Virus record (IMG/VR): IMGVR_UViG_3300029882_000069
Source: a virus
Reading direction: 5' to 3' (one strand)
Length of the DNA: 36,325 nt
A program made the translations under genes and the position numbers. Under the pieces are notes generated by a model. That model searched no databases. It was not told the DNA's origin and worked only from the letters and a program-made list of their open reading frames with translations. Below are positions 1 through 9,787 of this stretch, one piece after another. Each line of letters begins with the position of its first letter. Positions within the stretch are counted from its first letter, which is position 1.

Positions 1-127
1 CGATCCGCGTTCTACCGCCACTGCCGAAAGCATCAAGGGGCAATATGCCTCGATCCGCTTGCGATCAGTTCAGGACGAAGTGCAGCGATTCATGCGCGAT
101 ATGATTCGCCTGATGGGTGAGGTCATC
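1..127. repeat. terminal duplication, copy 1 (identical to 36199..36325); marks circular closure of the contig
   Basis: Read directly: the first 127 nt equal the last 127 nt base for base. The duplication lies inside an open reading frame. Confidence 0.95.
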
Positions 128-1192
128 GCTAACCACATCAGCTATCAGACACTGGCGCAAGTCTCTGGCGTGAAATTGATGACGCGCATGGAGAAGATGC
201 AGGCCCAGATGCCGCAGCAGCAATACCAGCAGGCAATGCAGCAATATCAGGCAGCTGGCCAGCACGTGAAGCAAATGCAAGTCTCTGGCCAGCCGATGCC
301 GCCGGGATTCCAGCCGCCACCGCCCCCGCAGCCACCACCGCCGCTTCCCGCTGCTGTGCAGGAGCAGCTGTCGGAGCCGTCCTGGGAAGATGTGGAGGAT
401 ATGCTACGCAGCAATGCGATGCGCACCTTCCGACTGGATATCGAAACTGACTCCACCATCGGCGACGATGACGAGACGACCAAGCAGCAGCGCCTTGAGT
501 TCCTAAAAGTGCTGGGACCGTTGATTGCGCAAGCCGTTCAGGCTGGCGAAACCAACCCGACGATGGTCCCGATGATGATCGAGTCGATCAAATGGGCGGT
601 ACGGGCGTTTCCACAGGCGCGGTCGCTGGAAGGCATCATCGATCAGACCTTGGACTTGCTGGCCAAGCAGCCGCCACCGCCAAAACCGAACCCCGAGGCC
701 ATCAAAGCGCAGGCGCAACAACAGGCGCAGCAGGCCAAAATGCAGGGCGAGCAGCAGATACAGCAGATGCGCGCCCAGACGGATCAGCAGATTGAGGCCG
801 GAAAGGTGCAGGGTCAGATTCAGGTCGAGAACGTCAAAGCTCAGGCGCAGATTCAGATTGGCCAAGCGCAACAGCAGGCGCAGGCGGCGCAGGCGCAGCA
901 GGAGAACGAGCTGGAGGCCAAGCGCGACTTGCTCAAGGCCCAGACGGAAGTCCAGATCGCGCAGGTCAAAGGTGATGTGGACTTCCGCATTGCGGTGGCC
1001 GTGGCGCGCATTCACGCAGAAGCTACCATTGCAGCGGCGCGAATCAACTCCAAGACATCCCCGAGCGATGGCACGGCGGATCTGGCCTACCAGGAACTGC
1101 ATGAGACAGAGGCCGGCAATGGGAAGGCGATGGTCAGTGGGCCGGGTGAGCCGCCACCACAGCCGCAGGAATCTAACCATGCCGATCTATGA
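1..1192 (+). CDS. portal protein, C-terminal part (same gene as 34895..36325; about 831 aa once the duplication is collapsed)
   Basis: The frame of ORF 59..1192 is open back to base 2. It is in phase with the stop-free frame 34895..36325 (36198 is divisible by 3). The gene follows TerL and precedes scaffold and capsid. It has a poly-Pro tract and a long Q/A-rich coiled-coil-like tail. Confidence 0.8.
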   Translation, partial: DPRSTATAESIKGQYASIRLRSVQDEVQRFMRDMIRLMGEVIANHISYQTLAQVSGVKLMTRMEKMQAQMPQQQYQQAMQQYQAAGQHVKQMQVSGQPMPPGFQPPPPPQPPPPLPAAVQEQLSEPSWEDVEDMLRSNAMRTFRLDIETDSTIGDDDETTKQQRLEFLKVLGPLIAQAVQAGETNPTMVPMMIESIKWAVRAFPQARSLEGIIDQTLDLLAKQPPPPKPNPEAIKAQAQQQAQQAKMQGEQQIQQMRAQTDQQIEAGKVQGQIQVENVKAQAQIQIGQAQQQAQAAQAQQENELEAKRDLLKAQTEVQIAQVKGDVDFRIAVAVARIHAEATIAAARINSKTSPSDGTADLAYQELHETEAGNGKAMVSGPGEPPPQPQESNHADL

Positions 1193-1529
1193 AGTAAAAT
1201 GCGGAATCTGCGGCGATATTCAGGATATCGTGCGAAAAGTCGCCGAACGAGAAAGCCACTTGCCGGAATGCTGCGGAAGGAAGATGCATAACATCATCTC
1301 TGCGACGCGGATTAACGTGGACATCACGCCCTATCGTCCTGTCGCTGTTGACAAGAAAACCGGGGAACGCCCGCTCATCACGTCCAGGCACCAGCACCGA
1401 GAATTTCTGAAACGAAACGATTACGTGGAAATGCCCGATCTTCCCAGGAAGCGCGAGGTACGGGGAGATTTCGACGTTAAGAAAGAATTGATAGACGCCA
1501 CCAAACAGGTATTGGGGAAACTGAAATGA
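1179..1529 (+). CDS. small zinc-ribbon protein (FmdB-like CxxC...CC motif), 116 aa
   Basis: Internal ATG of ORF 792..1529 overlaps the portal stop. MPIYEVKCGICGD...LPECCGRK resembles the FmdB-type Zn ribbon. Confidence 0.6.
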   Translation: MPIYEVKCGICGDIQDIVRKVAERESHLPECCGRKMHNIISATRINVDITPYRPVAVDKKTGERPLITSRHQHREFLKRNDYVEMPDLPRKREVRGDFDVKKELIDATKQVLGKLK

Positions 1530-2557
1530 GCAGCGAGAACGAGCGTTCACTGCGTGATGAGCTGACCGAAAACCTACAGGAGTCGCAGGAGCGCATGCGC
1601 GATGAGGTAGGGCGCTTCGCCAAGCCTGATGAGGCTCCCATTGATCCCGTCGCGGAAGACGTGCTGGTTGACGCGGATCCACCTGCTGATGAGGTCGTCA
1701 AGCCGGAGCGCGTGAAGACCGGGAAAGAGGCGACCGCTACCAAGCCCGATGAAGACGCTTTCCCGGCATCGTGGAAAAAGGATGTGGCCAAGCACTGGGA
1801 GAAAGTCCCCAAGGAAGTGCGCCAATATATTCGGCAGCACGAGGAACAGACCCGCATTGCGATGACCAAGCAGGACGAGGACCGCCTGACGGGTAAATCC
1901 GTGCGCGAGGTCGTCACGCCTTATATGGCCATGATCCAGGCCGAAGGCGGAACGATCCAGACGGCGATGCAGAATCTGCTCAATCAAGCGTATATCTTGC
2001 GCCGTGGAACGCCTGAGCAGAAGCGCGCTCTTGTCATGGGAGCGATTAAGACGTATGGTATCGACGTAAGTGAACCGGCGAGTACACAGCAAGGCTGGGT
2101 CGATCCTCAAGTATCTGCGCTTCAACAGAAACTCGCAGAACTGGAAGGATGGAAACAGCAGCAGACTCAGCAGGCTCAGTATCAAGAGACGGCCAGTATC
2201 AATGGCCAGATTCAGCAGTTTGGGTCTGATCCAAAGCACGAGCATTTCCAGAATTCCAAGGTGCAATCCATGATGGGTGCCCTTCTGATGAACGGACAAG
2301 CTCAGTCGATGGAAGACGCTTACGAGCAGTCAATCTGGGCCATTCCTGAGCTACGTTCGACGCTGATCAACAGCCAGCAATCGGCAGATCAAGCGAAACG
2401 GGCGGCAGAGGCGAGAGCCAAGGCCACAGCAGCGCGTAATGCTTCCGTAAGTGTGCGCGGTTCGTCGTCCGGTTTATCAGGATCACAGGCCGTCGCTCCC
2501 AAGGGTTCATTGCGCGAGGAACTTCAGGCGGCATTCGCTGCCTCGAAGGATCGCTAA
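1526..2557 (+). CDS. putative scaffolding protein, 343 aa
   Basis: ATGA overlap with the upstream stop. The protein is acidic, helical and Q-rich, and sits between portal and major capsid. Confidence 0.55.
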   Translation: MSSENERSLRDELTENLQESQERMRDEVGRFAKPDEAPIDPVAEDVLVDADPPADEVVKPERVKTGKEATATKPDEDAFPASWKKDVAKHWEKVPKEVRQYIRQHEEQTRIAMTKQDEDRLTGKSVREVVTPYMAMIQAEGGTIQTAMQNLLNQAYILRRGTPEQKRALVMGAIKTYGIDVSEPASTQQGWVDPQVSALQQKLAELEGWKQQQTQQAQYQETASINGQIQQFGSDPKHEHFQNSKVQSMMGALLMNGQAQSMEDAYEQSIWAIPELRSTLINSQQSADQAKRAAEARAKATAARNASVSVRGSSSGLSGSQAVAPKGSLREELQAAFAASKDR

Positions 2558-2575
2558 CCCCGTTAGGAGCCCACC

Positions 2576-3565
2576 ATGGCACTCATCAACCCGAGTACCA
2601 CCCTCACCGAAATTGTGACCACGACCCTGCGCAATCGCACGGGTAAGCTGGCCGATAACATCACCAAAAACAACGGTCTGCTTTTCCGTCTGAAGGAAAA
2701 GGAGAACGTCAAGCCTGTCTCTGGCGGACGCACCATCGTCCAAGAGCTAGAATACGCCGAGAATGGTACGTACAAACGCTATTCGGGCTACGAGGCGCTG
2801 AACATCAGCCCTTCGGATGTGTTCACGGGTGCTGAGTACAATTACGCTCAGGCCGCCGTCGCTATCTCGATCAGCGGACTGGAGATGATCCAGAATGCTG
2901 GTGAAGAGGCCATCATCGATCTACTCGAATCGCGCATCAAGAACGGTGAGAAGACGATCACCAACAACATCGCTTTGGACTGCTATTCGGACGGTTCGGC
3001 GGACGGCGGTCGCCAGATCGGCGGATTGGCACTGCTCGTTAGCAAGACCCCGGCGACGGGCGTCGTTGGTGGCATCGATGCTTCCACTACGATTGGCACG
3101 TTCTGGCGCAACACGGCGTTCAGTTCAGCCACAAACGGCGGCGCGCCAGCGACCTCAGCCAATATCCAGTCGTACATGAATCAGGTCTGGGTCCAGCAAG
3201 TACGCGGCGCCGATCATCCCGATCTGATCGTGGCGGATAACAACTACTACCGCCTATACCTGGAATCCCTGCAGGGCATTCAGCGCATCGGTGATGCAAA
3301 GATGGCCGATGCCGGCTATCAGGTATTGAAGTATATGAACTCCGACGTTGTGCTGGATGGCGGCTTCGGCGGTGGCGCTCCGGTAAACACCATGTATTTC
3401 CTCAACACCGATTACATCTATTTCCGTCCGCATGTTGATCGGTTCTTTGCCCCGCTGGGCGATGACCGCTATGCGGTGAATCAGGACGCGATGGTGAAGC
3501 TGATCGGCTTTGCCGGCAACATGACCGTCAGTAACCGCCGCTTGCAAGCGGTCCTCTCGGCCTAA
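2576..3565 (+). CDS. major capsid protein, 329 aa
   Basis: AGGAG RBS 8 nt upstream. Size and position (after scaffold) fit. The gene pair is followed by a strong terminator. The composition is typical of HK97-fold coat proteins. Confidence 0.8.
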   Translation: MALINPSTTLTEIVTTTLRNRTGKLADNITKNNGLLFRLKEKENVKPVSGGRTIVQELEYAENGTYKRYSGYEALNISPSDVFTGAEYNYAQAAVAISISGLEMIQNAGEEAIIDLLESRIKNGEKTITNNIALDCYSDGSADGGRQIGGLALLVSKTPATGVVGGIDASTTIGTFWRNTAFSSATNGGAPATSANIQSYMNQVWVQQVRGADHPDLIVADNNYYRLYLESLQGIQRIGDAKMADAGYQVLKYMNSDVVLDGGFGGGAPVNTMYFLNTDYIYFRPHVDRFFAPLGDDRYAVNQDAMVKLIGFAGNMTVSNRRLQAVLSA

Positions 3566-3576
3566 GGAGAATAACC

Positions 3577-4170
3577 ATGGCATTTGTAGCTTATGATCCG
3601 ATTCTGGGTGAAGTTGACCTCAGTATCGTAGACAATGGCGGCCCCGGTCCGTTCTCCATTCCGGGCACGTCTGGTGCAACGTACGGTCGAAATTCGCAGT
3701 ACTTCGGCGAAATTCGGGGCTATGACACGCGTCTTGGCGGCGGTGCTTTCGTATATGCTGCTTACGGCGCTACGCTTTTGGCCGGCGCGGTCGTCCAGTT
3801 CGTCGAGTCGCTTTCGGCAGCTGGGCTGCTGATTACCACCGCCATCGCATGGACGGGAACCGCCAATGCCGGGCAGCCTCTGGGTGTCGCGGTGGCCGTC
3901 ACGGGTGGCACGGGCAACTGGGGATGGTTCCAGGTGGCGGGCCCGGCGATCACTAACGTGAGCGGTACGCCCACGGCCAACGCCCCGGTGTACTGGCAGG
4001 CGGCTGGCGTTGTATCGGGTACGGGTGTGGCATCAAAACAGGTTGATGGCGCGCAATTTGCCACGACAAATGCCATCACGCTCGGTACCGGCAACGCGGC
4101 TCAGGTGCTGCCCAGTACTCAGGCCGTCGTGCTCCTTCAGTACCCGTCGTCGCAGAGCGCGATTACCTGA
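3577..4170 (+). CDS. putative capsid decoration/cement protein, 197 aa, Gly/Ala/Thr-rich
   Basis: AAGGAG RBS, immediately downstream of the MCP. The G/A/V-rich beta-type sequence is reminiscent of DUF2190-like head decoration proteins (from memory). Confidence 0.45.
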   Translation: MAFVAYDPILGEVDLSIVDNGGPGPFSIPGTSGATYGRNSQYFGEIRGYDTRLGGGAFVYAAYGATLLAGAVVQFVESLSAAGLLITTAIAWTGTANAGQPLGVAVAVTGGTGNWGWFQVAGPAITNVSGTPTANAPVYWQAAGVVSGTGVASKQVDGAQFATTNAITLGTGNAAQVLPSTQAVVLLQYPSSQSAIT

Positions 4171-4186
4171 TCGTAGTCAACTTTCC

Positions 4187-4210
4187 GGGGCTCTTCGGAG
4201 CCCCTATTTT
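4187..4210 (+). terminator. rho-independent terminator after the capsid genes
   Basis: GGGGCTC-ttcg-GAGCCCC (7-bp GC stem, tetraloop) followed by TATTTT. Confidence 0.75.
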
Positions 4211-4227
4211 CACTCAGAGGCCACTCC

Positions 4228-4887
4228 ATGGAATTCGCCCAGCACAAAGTCGATATGCCACGAGGCGCTACTGTCGCCATGGCGTCCACTGGCAGCGATC
4301 AGAACCTATATGTCGAATTTTATCTGGCACCGAGTCAATATCCCGACCCGATCCTTTCAGAAGAAGCTGGGTTTCCGATTCACTCCGATGTGCCATGGGT
4401 AAAGATCATGGTTCCAGGTGACCGCACCAAGCAGTGGGATCGTCCGGCCAAGCTGTTTATGGACGGTGATGCTGACACGGTTCCGCCGGACAATGTGCGT
4501 TTCCGTCAGCAGTGGCAGGCATTCCAGGAGAACACTCGGGCTCCAGTCACGGGACTGGCTATCGAGCAGTGGGCAGCTATCACCAAGTCGGAATCGGATG
4601 CGTTCAAGAGCATGCAGATCCACACGGTTGAGCAGCTGGCAGCGCTTCCTGACAGCTCGCTGACATGGCTCGGCGGGAGGCATCGGCGCGACCAGGCCAT
4701 CGCATGGCTCAATAGCGCAAAAGATCACGCGGGCGAGGCCAAATTGGCCAAAGAAAACGAACAGATGCTGGCGCAGATCGATGCCCTGACCATTCAGGTC
4801 AAGGAATTAGCGGCGCTGGCAGGCAAGGACATTGAACCGGCTCAGGCGAAGCGCATGGGACGGCCACCCAAAGTACGGGAGAATTAA
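4228..4887 (+). CDS. hypothetical virion-module protein, 219 aa
   Basis: ORF with an AGAGG RBS, inside the structural block. Confidence 0.6.
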   Translation: MEFAQHKVDMPRGATVAMASTGSDQNLYVEFYLAPSQYPDPILSEEAGFPIHSDVPWVKIMVPGDRTKQWDRPAKLFMDGDADTVPPDNVRFRQQWQAFQENTRAPVTGLAIEQWAAITKSESDAFKSMQIHTVEQLAALPDSSLTWLGGRHRRDQAIAWLNSAKDHAGEAKLAKENEQMLAQIDALTIQVKELAALAGKDIEPAQAKRMGRPPKVREN

Positions 4888-4890
4888 CCC

Positions 4891-5268
4891 ATGTGCGTTC
4901 AGAAGAAACTCAGCGGTTCCGGCTTTGCGCCGTTGCAGGTGACCAATATCATCGGCGACGTTGATCCCGCCGTGACCGCTCTGGGCACGACCGCCGCGAC
5001 GGCTTACCCCATCGGCGCCTGTAACACGCTGGTCACGACCGCCGCCGCTGGTACGGGCGTCATTCTCCCGCCGGGAACCACGGGCGCGCCAAACTTCACG
5101 GGGCTCTTCGATGAATACTGCGTGGCCAATGCAGGCGCGAATGCTGTGCTGATTTACCCACCGACCGGCGGCACGATCAACGGTGCCGCGTCCCTGAGTT
5201 TGGCGGTCGGTGCGCTGGATTACCTGACATGCGTTTCGACCAATGGGCTGACCTGGTTCAGCAAGTAA
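4891..5268 (+). CDS. hypothetical virion-module protein, 125 aa
   Basis: ORF with a GGGAGA RBS. Ala/Thr/Gly-rich. Confidence 0.55.
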   Translation: MCVQKKLSGSGFAPLQVTNIIGDVDPAVTALGTTAATAYPIGACNTLVTTAAAGTGVILPPGTTGAPNFTGLFDEYCVANAGANAVLIYPPTGGTINGAASLSLAVGALDYLTCVSTNGLTWFSK

Positions 5269-5274
5269 TCCGCC

Positions 5275-6828
5275 GTGGAAAAGTACACGGATCTGGTTCT
5301 AGTTAGAAACGGGCAGTCGCTCCTTCCTCAACCGGGAGCGTCTGTCACCGTTCTGACTAGCCCTGCGGGGTTGGTGGCGACGATCTATAGCGACAACGGG
5401 ATCACGGAAGTAGCCAATCCGCTGACGACGGATGGCAATGGTCGATTCAGCTTCTACGCTGCCGATGGCCGCTACTCACTCACCGTAACTTATGGAACCG
5501 TCACTTACTCGGTTCTAGATTTTCCTTTGGAGTTCGATCCGTTCGCGTCTGGCGCTGGCGGATTTGTGCCAGCTTCGGCACTAGCATCGGCCTCTGGTGC
5601 TACTTTAGTTGGAACCAGTGACGGATACGGAAACGTCCAGACTAGCCTTTCTGCGCGTGCCATAAATGCCAAGCCGTCTTCTAGCACCAGTAACTACATA
5701 AACCAGTTTTTAGATCAAAATGGCACGGGAAACGGCCAGCTCATAGGCATCGACATAGAGCAGGCGCTGAATCAGTCAGGCACGATCGCAGCCTATCAGT
5801 TCGGCCAGACGACGGAGCTGTTCACGCTATCCGCCAACAACGCTACGTGGAACGGACAGCTGACATCCGTGTATGGTTCGTGCAACCACTTCGGAAGCGG
5901 TAACTCGACTTTCCTTGCTGGCGGAGGGTTCGAGGGATTCAACGACGGCGCCGGCACGGCAACACAGGTTATCGGAGTATCTGGCAATGCCTACAATGGT
6001 GGTGTGGCGGCGGGCAATCCGCAGCAGACACCTACAAACAACGGGGCGGCACTAAACCTTCGCGGCGTGGCCGGTCACGCGATCAACCTCTCATCGGGAG
6101 TCGTGGGGTCGGCAGTGGCGCTTTACGCCTACACCCCGACCAATACGGGTGGCGGATCTATCACGACCGCTTATGGGCTGTTCATCGGTGATCAGCTGGT
6201 CGGCGCCACGAACTACGCCATATTCACGGGTCACGGACTGAACAATCTCGGCGACGTTCTACAGGTAACCGGCCAGGGCGCCCTGCCTGCCGCCACCAAT
6301 CAAAACGCGTTTACGGCCGCAGGCGGCGGATCTGGCGTTAACGGTACGATATATGTGGGCGATGGGACGGGGCGGTCGCTGAATTTCTCCAAACGAACCG
6401 GCGGCGTCGATAGTGTGCTCGCCCAGTTTTTTGACAGCGGGTCATTCCGGCTCGCTGCCAACGTACAGATCAGCGCCCCAACAAAAACGCACGGCTACAG
6501 CACGGGTGCGGGCGGTGCCGTCACGCAACTGACCAGCAAGGCGACAGGCGTCACACTGAACACTTCGGCCGGAGTGATCACGACAAACAACGCCGCACTA
6601 GCCGCTGGCGCAGAGGTCAGTTTCAACTTTACCAACTCAAACTTCAACTCGACAGCCATCATGGTTCATTCGGTGGCGGCGGGTACCTCGACGACCGGCG
6701 CCTACATCATTTCCGTGGACAACATGCAGGGCGGTGTGTGCAGCGTGTGCATACGCAACATGACGGCGGGCTCGCTTTCCGAAGCCATCATTATCAATTT
6801 CGCTGTAATTCAGGCGAGCGCTAACTGA
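5275..6828 (+). CDS. putative tail fibre/tail spike protein, 517 aa (GTG start)
   Basis: The N-terminus (LVLVRNGQ...GASVTVL...DGNGRFSF...DGRYSLTV) resembles the small beta-sandwich heads common on phage fibre proteins. The rest is G/A/T/N-rich. Confidence 0.6.
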   Translation: MEKYTDLVLVRNGQSLLPQPGASVTVLTSPAGLVATIYSDNGITEVANPLTTDGNGRFSFYAADGRYSLTVTYGTVTYSVLDFPLEFDPFASGAGGFVPASALASASGATLVGTSDGYGNVQTSLSARAINAKPSSSTSNYINQFLDQNGTGNGQLIGIDIEQALNQSGTIAAYQFGQTTELFTLSANNATWNGQLTSVYGSCNHFGSGNSTFLAGGGFEGFNDGAGTATQVIGVSGNAYNGGVAAGNPQQTPTNNGAALNLRGVAGHAINLSSGVVGSAVALYAYTPTNTGGGSITTAYGLFIGDQLVGATNYAIFTGHGLNNLGDVLQVTGQGALPAATNQNAFTAAGGGSGVNGTIYVGDGTGRSLNFSKRTGGVDSVLAQFFDSGSFRLAANVQISAPTKTHGYSTGAGGAVTQLTSKATGVTLNTSAGVITTNNAALAAGAEVSFNFTNSNFNSTAIMVHSVAAGTSTTGAYIISVDNMQGGVCSVCIRNMTAGSLSEAIIINFAVIQASAN

Positions 6829-7817
6829 TGACCATTGTCCTAACTCTTGGGCCGAATGCCCCAAATCCCGTCAAGCTCACTCTGCTTCAGATGATCCAAC
6901 AGGCATGTGGGGAGTTGGGCTTGATCCAACCTTCCACGATCTTTGGCAACAGCGATCAGCAGATCGTCCAGCTTCTTTCGCTGGCGCAGCGCGAGGGCTA
7001 CGAGACATACAAGATGTCCACCAAGGATTACGGTTGGCAGACGCTTCGTGCGGAATACCTGTTCAACGTGCAATCCACGGGCATTCAGACCGTTAGCTAT
7101 GTGCAGGGATCTAATCTGATTACCTGGATTACGACGCCCGCCATCCAGCCAGCCGTGGGTTGGGTCATCAGCAACTCCGGTGGTTCTAATGCTACGGACT
7201 TCACCTATCCCACCTATGTGACGGCCGTTCTTAGCAGCACGCAGTTCACCGTCTCTACGACCGCTGAAAACACGAACACCAGCAACAGCATGGCGGTAGG
7301 ACAGGAAGCCTATCCCCTACCCGCCGATTACGATCACATGATCGTGCAGACGCAGTGGGATCGTGGCTTCCGTTGGCAGCTACTCGGCCCACTGAATCCG
7401 CAAGAGTGGCAAGTCCTGAAGTCTGGCATCAGCCCCACCGGGCCACGTCGTCGCTTTCGCATCATGGACAACCAGTTCTTTATCGATCCGGTTCCTTATG
7501 ACAATAACCAGCTTGTGTTTGAGTATTACTCGTACAACTGGTGCCTTAACGGCCAGACGAATAGCGCTCAGTTTCGGTGGACATCGGACACTGATACGTA
7601 CCTCTTGGATGACGACACCTTCATCCTGGGCATGATATGGCGCTATCGCATGGCTAAGGGTCTGGATTACTCCGAAGAGCGAACCATGTGGGATAACTCC
7701 ATTGCGCGGTTCAAGGGGCGTCAGGCGAGCGTGCGCAATCTTCCGATCAATGCGCAGCAGACAGGCGTACGTTTAATTTCGAATGCTCAGGTGCCCGACA
7801 CCGGCTTCGGAAGCTAA
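6828..7817 (+). CDS. virion structural protein (adaptor / tail-tubular-A-like position), 329 aa
   Basis: TGATG overlap with the upstream gene, within the tail block. No motif recognised. Confidence 0.5.
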   Translation: MTIVLTLGPNAPNPVKLTLLQMIQQACGELGLIQPSTIFGNSDQQIVQLLSLAQREGYETYKMSTKDYGWQTLRAEYLFNVQSTGIQTVSYVQGSNLITWITTPAIQPAVGWVISNSGGSNATDFTYPTYVTAVLSSTQFTVSTTAENTNTSNSMAVGQEAYPLPADYDHMIVQTQWDRGFRWQLLGPLNPQEWQVLKSGISPTGPRRRFRIMDNQFFIDPVPYDNNQLVFEYYSYNWCLNGQTNSAQFRWTSDTDTYLLDDDTFILGMIWRYRMAKGLDYSEERTMWDNSIARFKGRQASVRNLPINAQQTGVRLISNAQVPDTGFGS

Positions 7818-7821
7818 ATCC

Positions 7822-8232
7822 ATGACTTCCTCAAAGTCCATCGAGCGAATCGACAGGTTACTGGAGCCTCTGGCCAAAGCGCAGATGGAGGTAGCTCTGC
7901 AGGCTGCGAAGGCCATGCGCATGGCACGTGCCTGCCTTATGGACGGCACAGACCGGGCCGCCGCCATCAAGCTATCCGTCGATGCGGCTAATATCGCCGC
8001 TGACTGGTCTGGCGATAGAAGCAGAACTGATTGGGTGCTGGCCGAGCAAGCCTCTCGTGGCGCAATGTGCTCCCTGCTGACGCTCAAGGGCGAACTGGAT
8101 ATGGCCCGCGATGTGGCCGCGTGGTCAGCGCACTGGTCCGCTGCCGATAAAGCTGTGCGTGATGGTAAGGCTTCCTGTACCGAAGATGCCCTACGCGCCT
8201 GGAAGCGAGAGCTCTCGTATGGCACGGACTAA
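7822..8232 (+). CDS. hypothetical helical protein, 136 aa
   Basis: In-frame ATG of ORF 7783..8232 just after the upstream stop. Confidence 0.5.
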   Translation: MTSSKSIERIDRLLEPLAKAQMEVALQAAKAMRMARACLMDGTDRAAAIKLSVDAANIAADWSGDRSRTDWVLAEQASRGAMCSLLTLKGELDMARDVAAWSAHWSAADKAVRDGKASCTEDALRAWKRELSYGTD

Positions 8233-9787
8233 TCGAGTCGCGGTCAAGCGGCAGATATCGCAGACGGCGACCGTACCGGCCCCTGTTGGGGGCTTGAACG
8301 CCCGCGATTCCATCGCGTCGATGCCACCGACCGACGCGGTGGCTATCAGCAACTGGTTTCCTTCCACGTCCTCGCTGATCGTGCGAAATGGATCCAGCAA
8401 TTGGGCGACGGGACTTTCCGGGTGGGTCGAAACGCTCGCTTGTTTTTCGCCGAGTTCGGGATCGAGGCAGCTCTTTGCGGCGGCGGGTGGAAATATCTAT
8501 AACGCCACGTCAACCGGTGCTATCGGGGCACCGGTAGTCACGGGGAACACGTCGAACCGCTGGCAATACGTGAATTTTGGCAATCCTGCGGGTTCATGGC
8601 TGTATATGGTCAATGGGCAAGACTCGCCCAGGCTCTATAACGGCACGACATGGCAAGCAGTGACGCCCACGAGTTCGCCGATCAGCATTACGGGCGTCAC
8701 TGACCCGCTGGCCAGCCTTGTCACGGTAACCAGCTTTAAGTCACGGCTGTATTTCATCGCTCAGAATACATTCCACGTATGGTACTTGCCCGTTAACGGG
8801 GTGGGCGGCGCGGCCCAGCTTTTTGACATGTCCAGTCTGTTCAAACTGGGTGGATACCTCATGGCCGCCTTTCCGTGGTCGCTCGATACGGTGGCCGGAC
8901 CGCAGGACTACATGGCGTTTCTGTCCAGCGAGGGGGAATGCATCGTCTACCAGGGCTATGATCCCACCCAAGTGGGCAGTTGGTCGCAGCTAGGCACATT
9001 CCGTCTTGGCCGACCTGTCGGTCGTCGATGCTTCTGCAAGGTGGGATCGGACGTGAGCGTGATCTGCGCTGACGGCCTTATTCCATTGTCGCAGGAACTG
9101 CTGACGGACCGATCGCAGCAAGGCATCGCAACTACCGATAAGATACGCAATGCGATTCTCAGCGACTTCCAAAGCTACAACCAAAATTTCGGCTGGCAGG
9201 TCATTCTGCATCCCATCGGGTCGAAACTGATTGTCAACGTTCCTCAACTTACCGACACCACCCAGTATCAATACGTCATGAACACGATCACGGGATCATG
9301 GACGGTCTTCAACGGCTGGAACGGCGCCTGTTTTGAATTGGTGGGCGACCAGCTGTTCTATGGTGGACTAAACACGGTGGTGTGGTGCGATACGGGGGAT
9401 ACCGATAACGGAACGCCGATCACGACGCTCCTAGCCCCGGCCTATTCCTATTTCGGTGCGCCTGGCCAGAATAAGCAGTTCACCATGGTACGGCCCACGT
9501 TCTCGTCCAGCGGAAATATCTCCATCTCCGTCGCGCTCAGCGTTGACTATCGCGTGGTATCGCCGAATTCTTCGCTTCCCATTCCGGCCAATAGCGGCAA
9601 TGCGCAATGGAACGTCGCGCTATGGAATGTTTCGTACTGGGCTCAATCAGCGGTGATCCGCCTTGGTTGGGAAACCATCTCTGGCGTAGGGTATGCCGCT
9701 TCACTCAACATGCGCACGCTGTCCAATATATCCAACGTATCCCTGATTGCCATCGATTACACCTACCAGATGGGCGGTATCCTTTGA
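8219..9787 (+). CDS. putative tail tubular/nozzle protein, 522 aa
   Basis: Internal ATG of ORF 8111..9787. The N-terminal ...PVGGLNARDS...NWFP...RNG resembles N-termini of podovirus tail tubular B-type proteins (from memory). W/G/N-rich beta-type sequence. Confidence 0.5.
   Translation: MARTNRVAVKRQISQTATVPAPVGGLNARDSIASMPPTDAVAISNWFPSTSSLIVRNGSSNWATGLSGWVETLACFSPSSGSRQLFAAAGGNIYNATSTGAIGAPVVTGNTSNRWQYVNFGNPAGSWLYMVNGQDSPRLYNGTTWQAVTPTSSPISITGVTDPLASLVTVTSFKSRLYFIAQNTFHVWYLPVNGVGGAAQLFDMSSLFKLGGYLMAAFPWSLDTVAGPQDYMAFLSSEGECIVYQGYDPTQVGSWSQLGTFRLGRPVGRRCFCKVGSDVSVICADGLIPLSQELLTDRSQQGIATTDKIRNAILSDFQSYNQNFGWQVILHPIGSKLIVNVPQLTDTTQYQYVMNTITGSWTVFNGWNGACFELVGDQLFYGGLNTVVWCDTGDTDNGTPITTLLAPAYSYFGAPGQNKQFTMVRPTFSSSGNISISVALSVDYRVVSPNSSLPIPANSGNAQWNVALWNVSYWAQSAVIRLGWETISGVGYAASLNMRTLSNISNVSLIAIDYTYQMGGIL

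Noticed and set aside
1-127. The terminal repeat as genuine T7-like direct terminal repeats
   Set aside because: It bisects the portal ORF in frame, and 127 is a standard assembler k-mer. This fits circular closure of a permuted or concatemer-derived assembly better.
792-1529. Upstream extensions of the ORF-track entries 792..1529, 8111..9787, 9607..10203, 10154..11083, 16928..17734, 17898..18230, 18587..19093, 28364..28831 and 32930..34432
   Set aside because: The 5' parts overlap the preceding gene extensively and translate to Arg-rich or otherwise implausible sequence. Internal starts give RBS or ATGA-type coupling and sensible N-termini.
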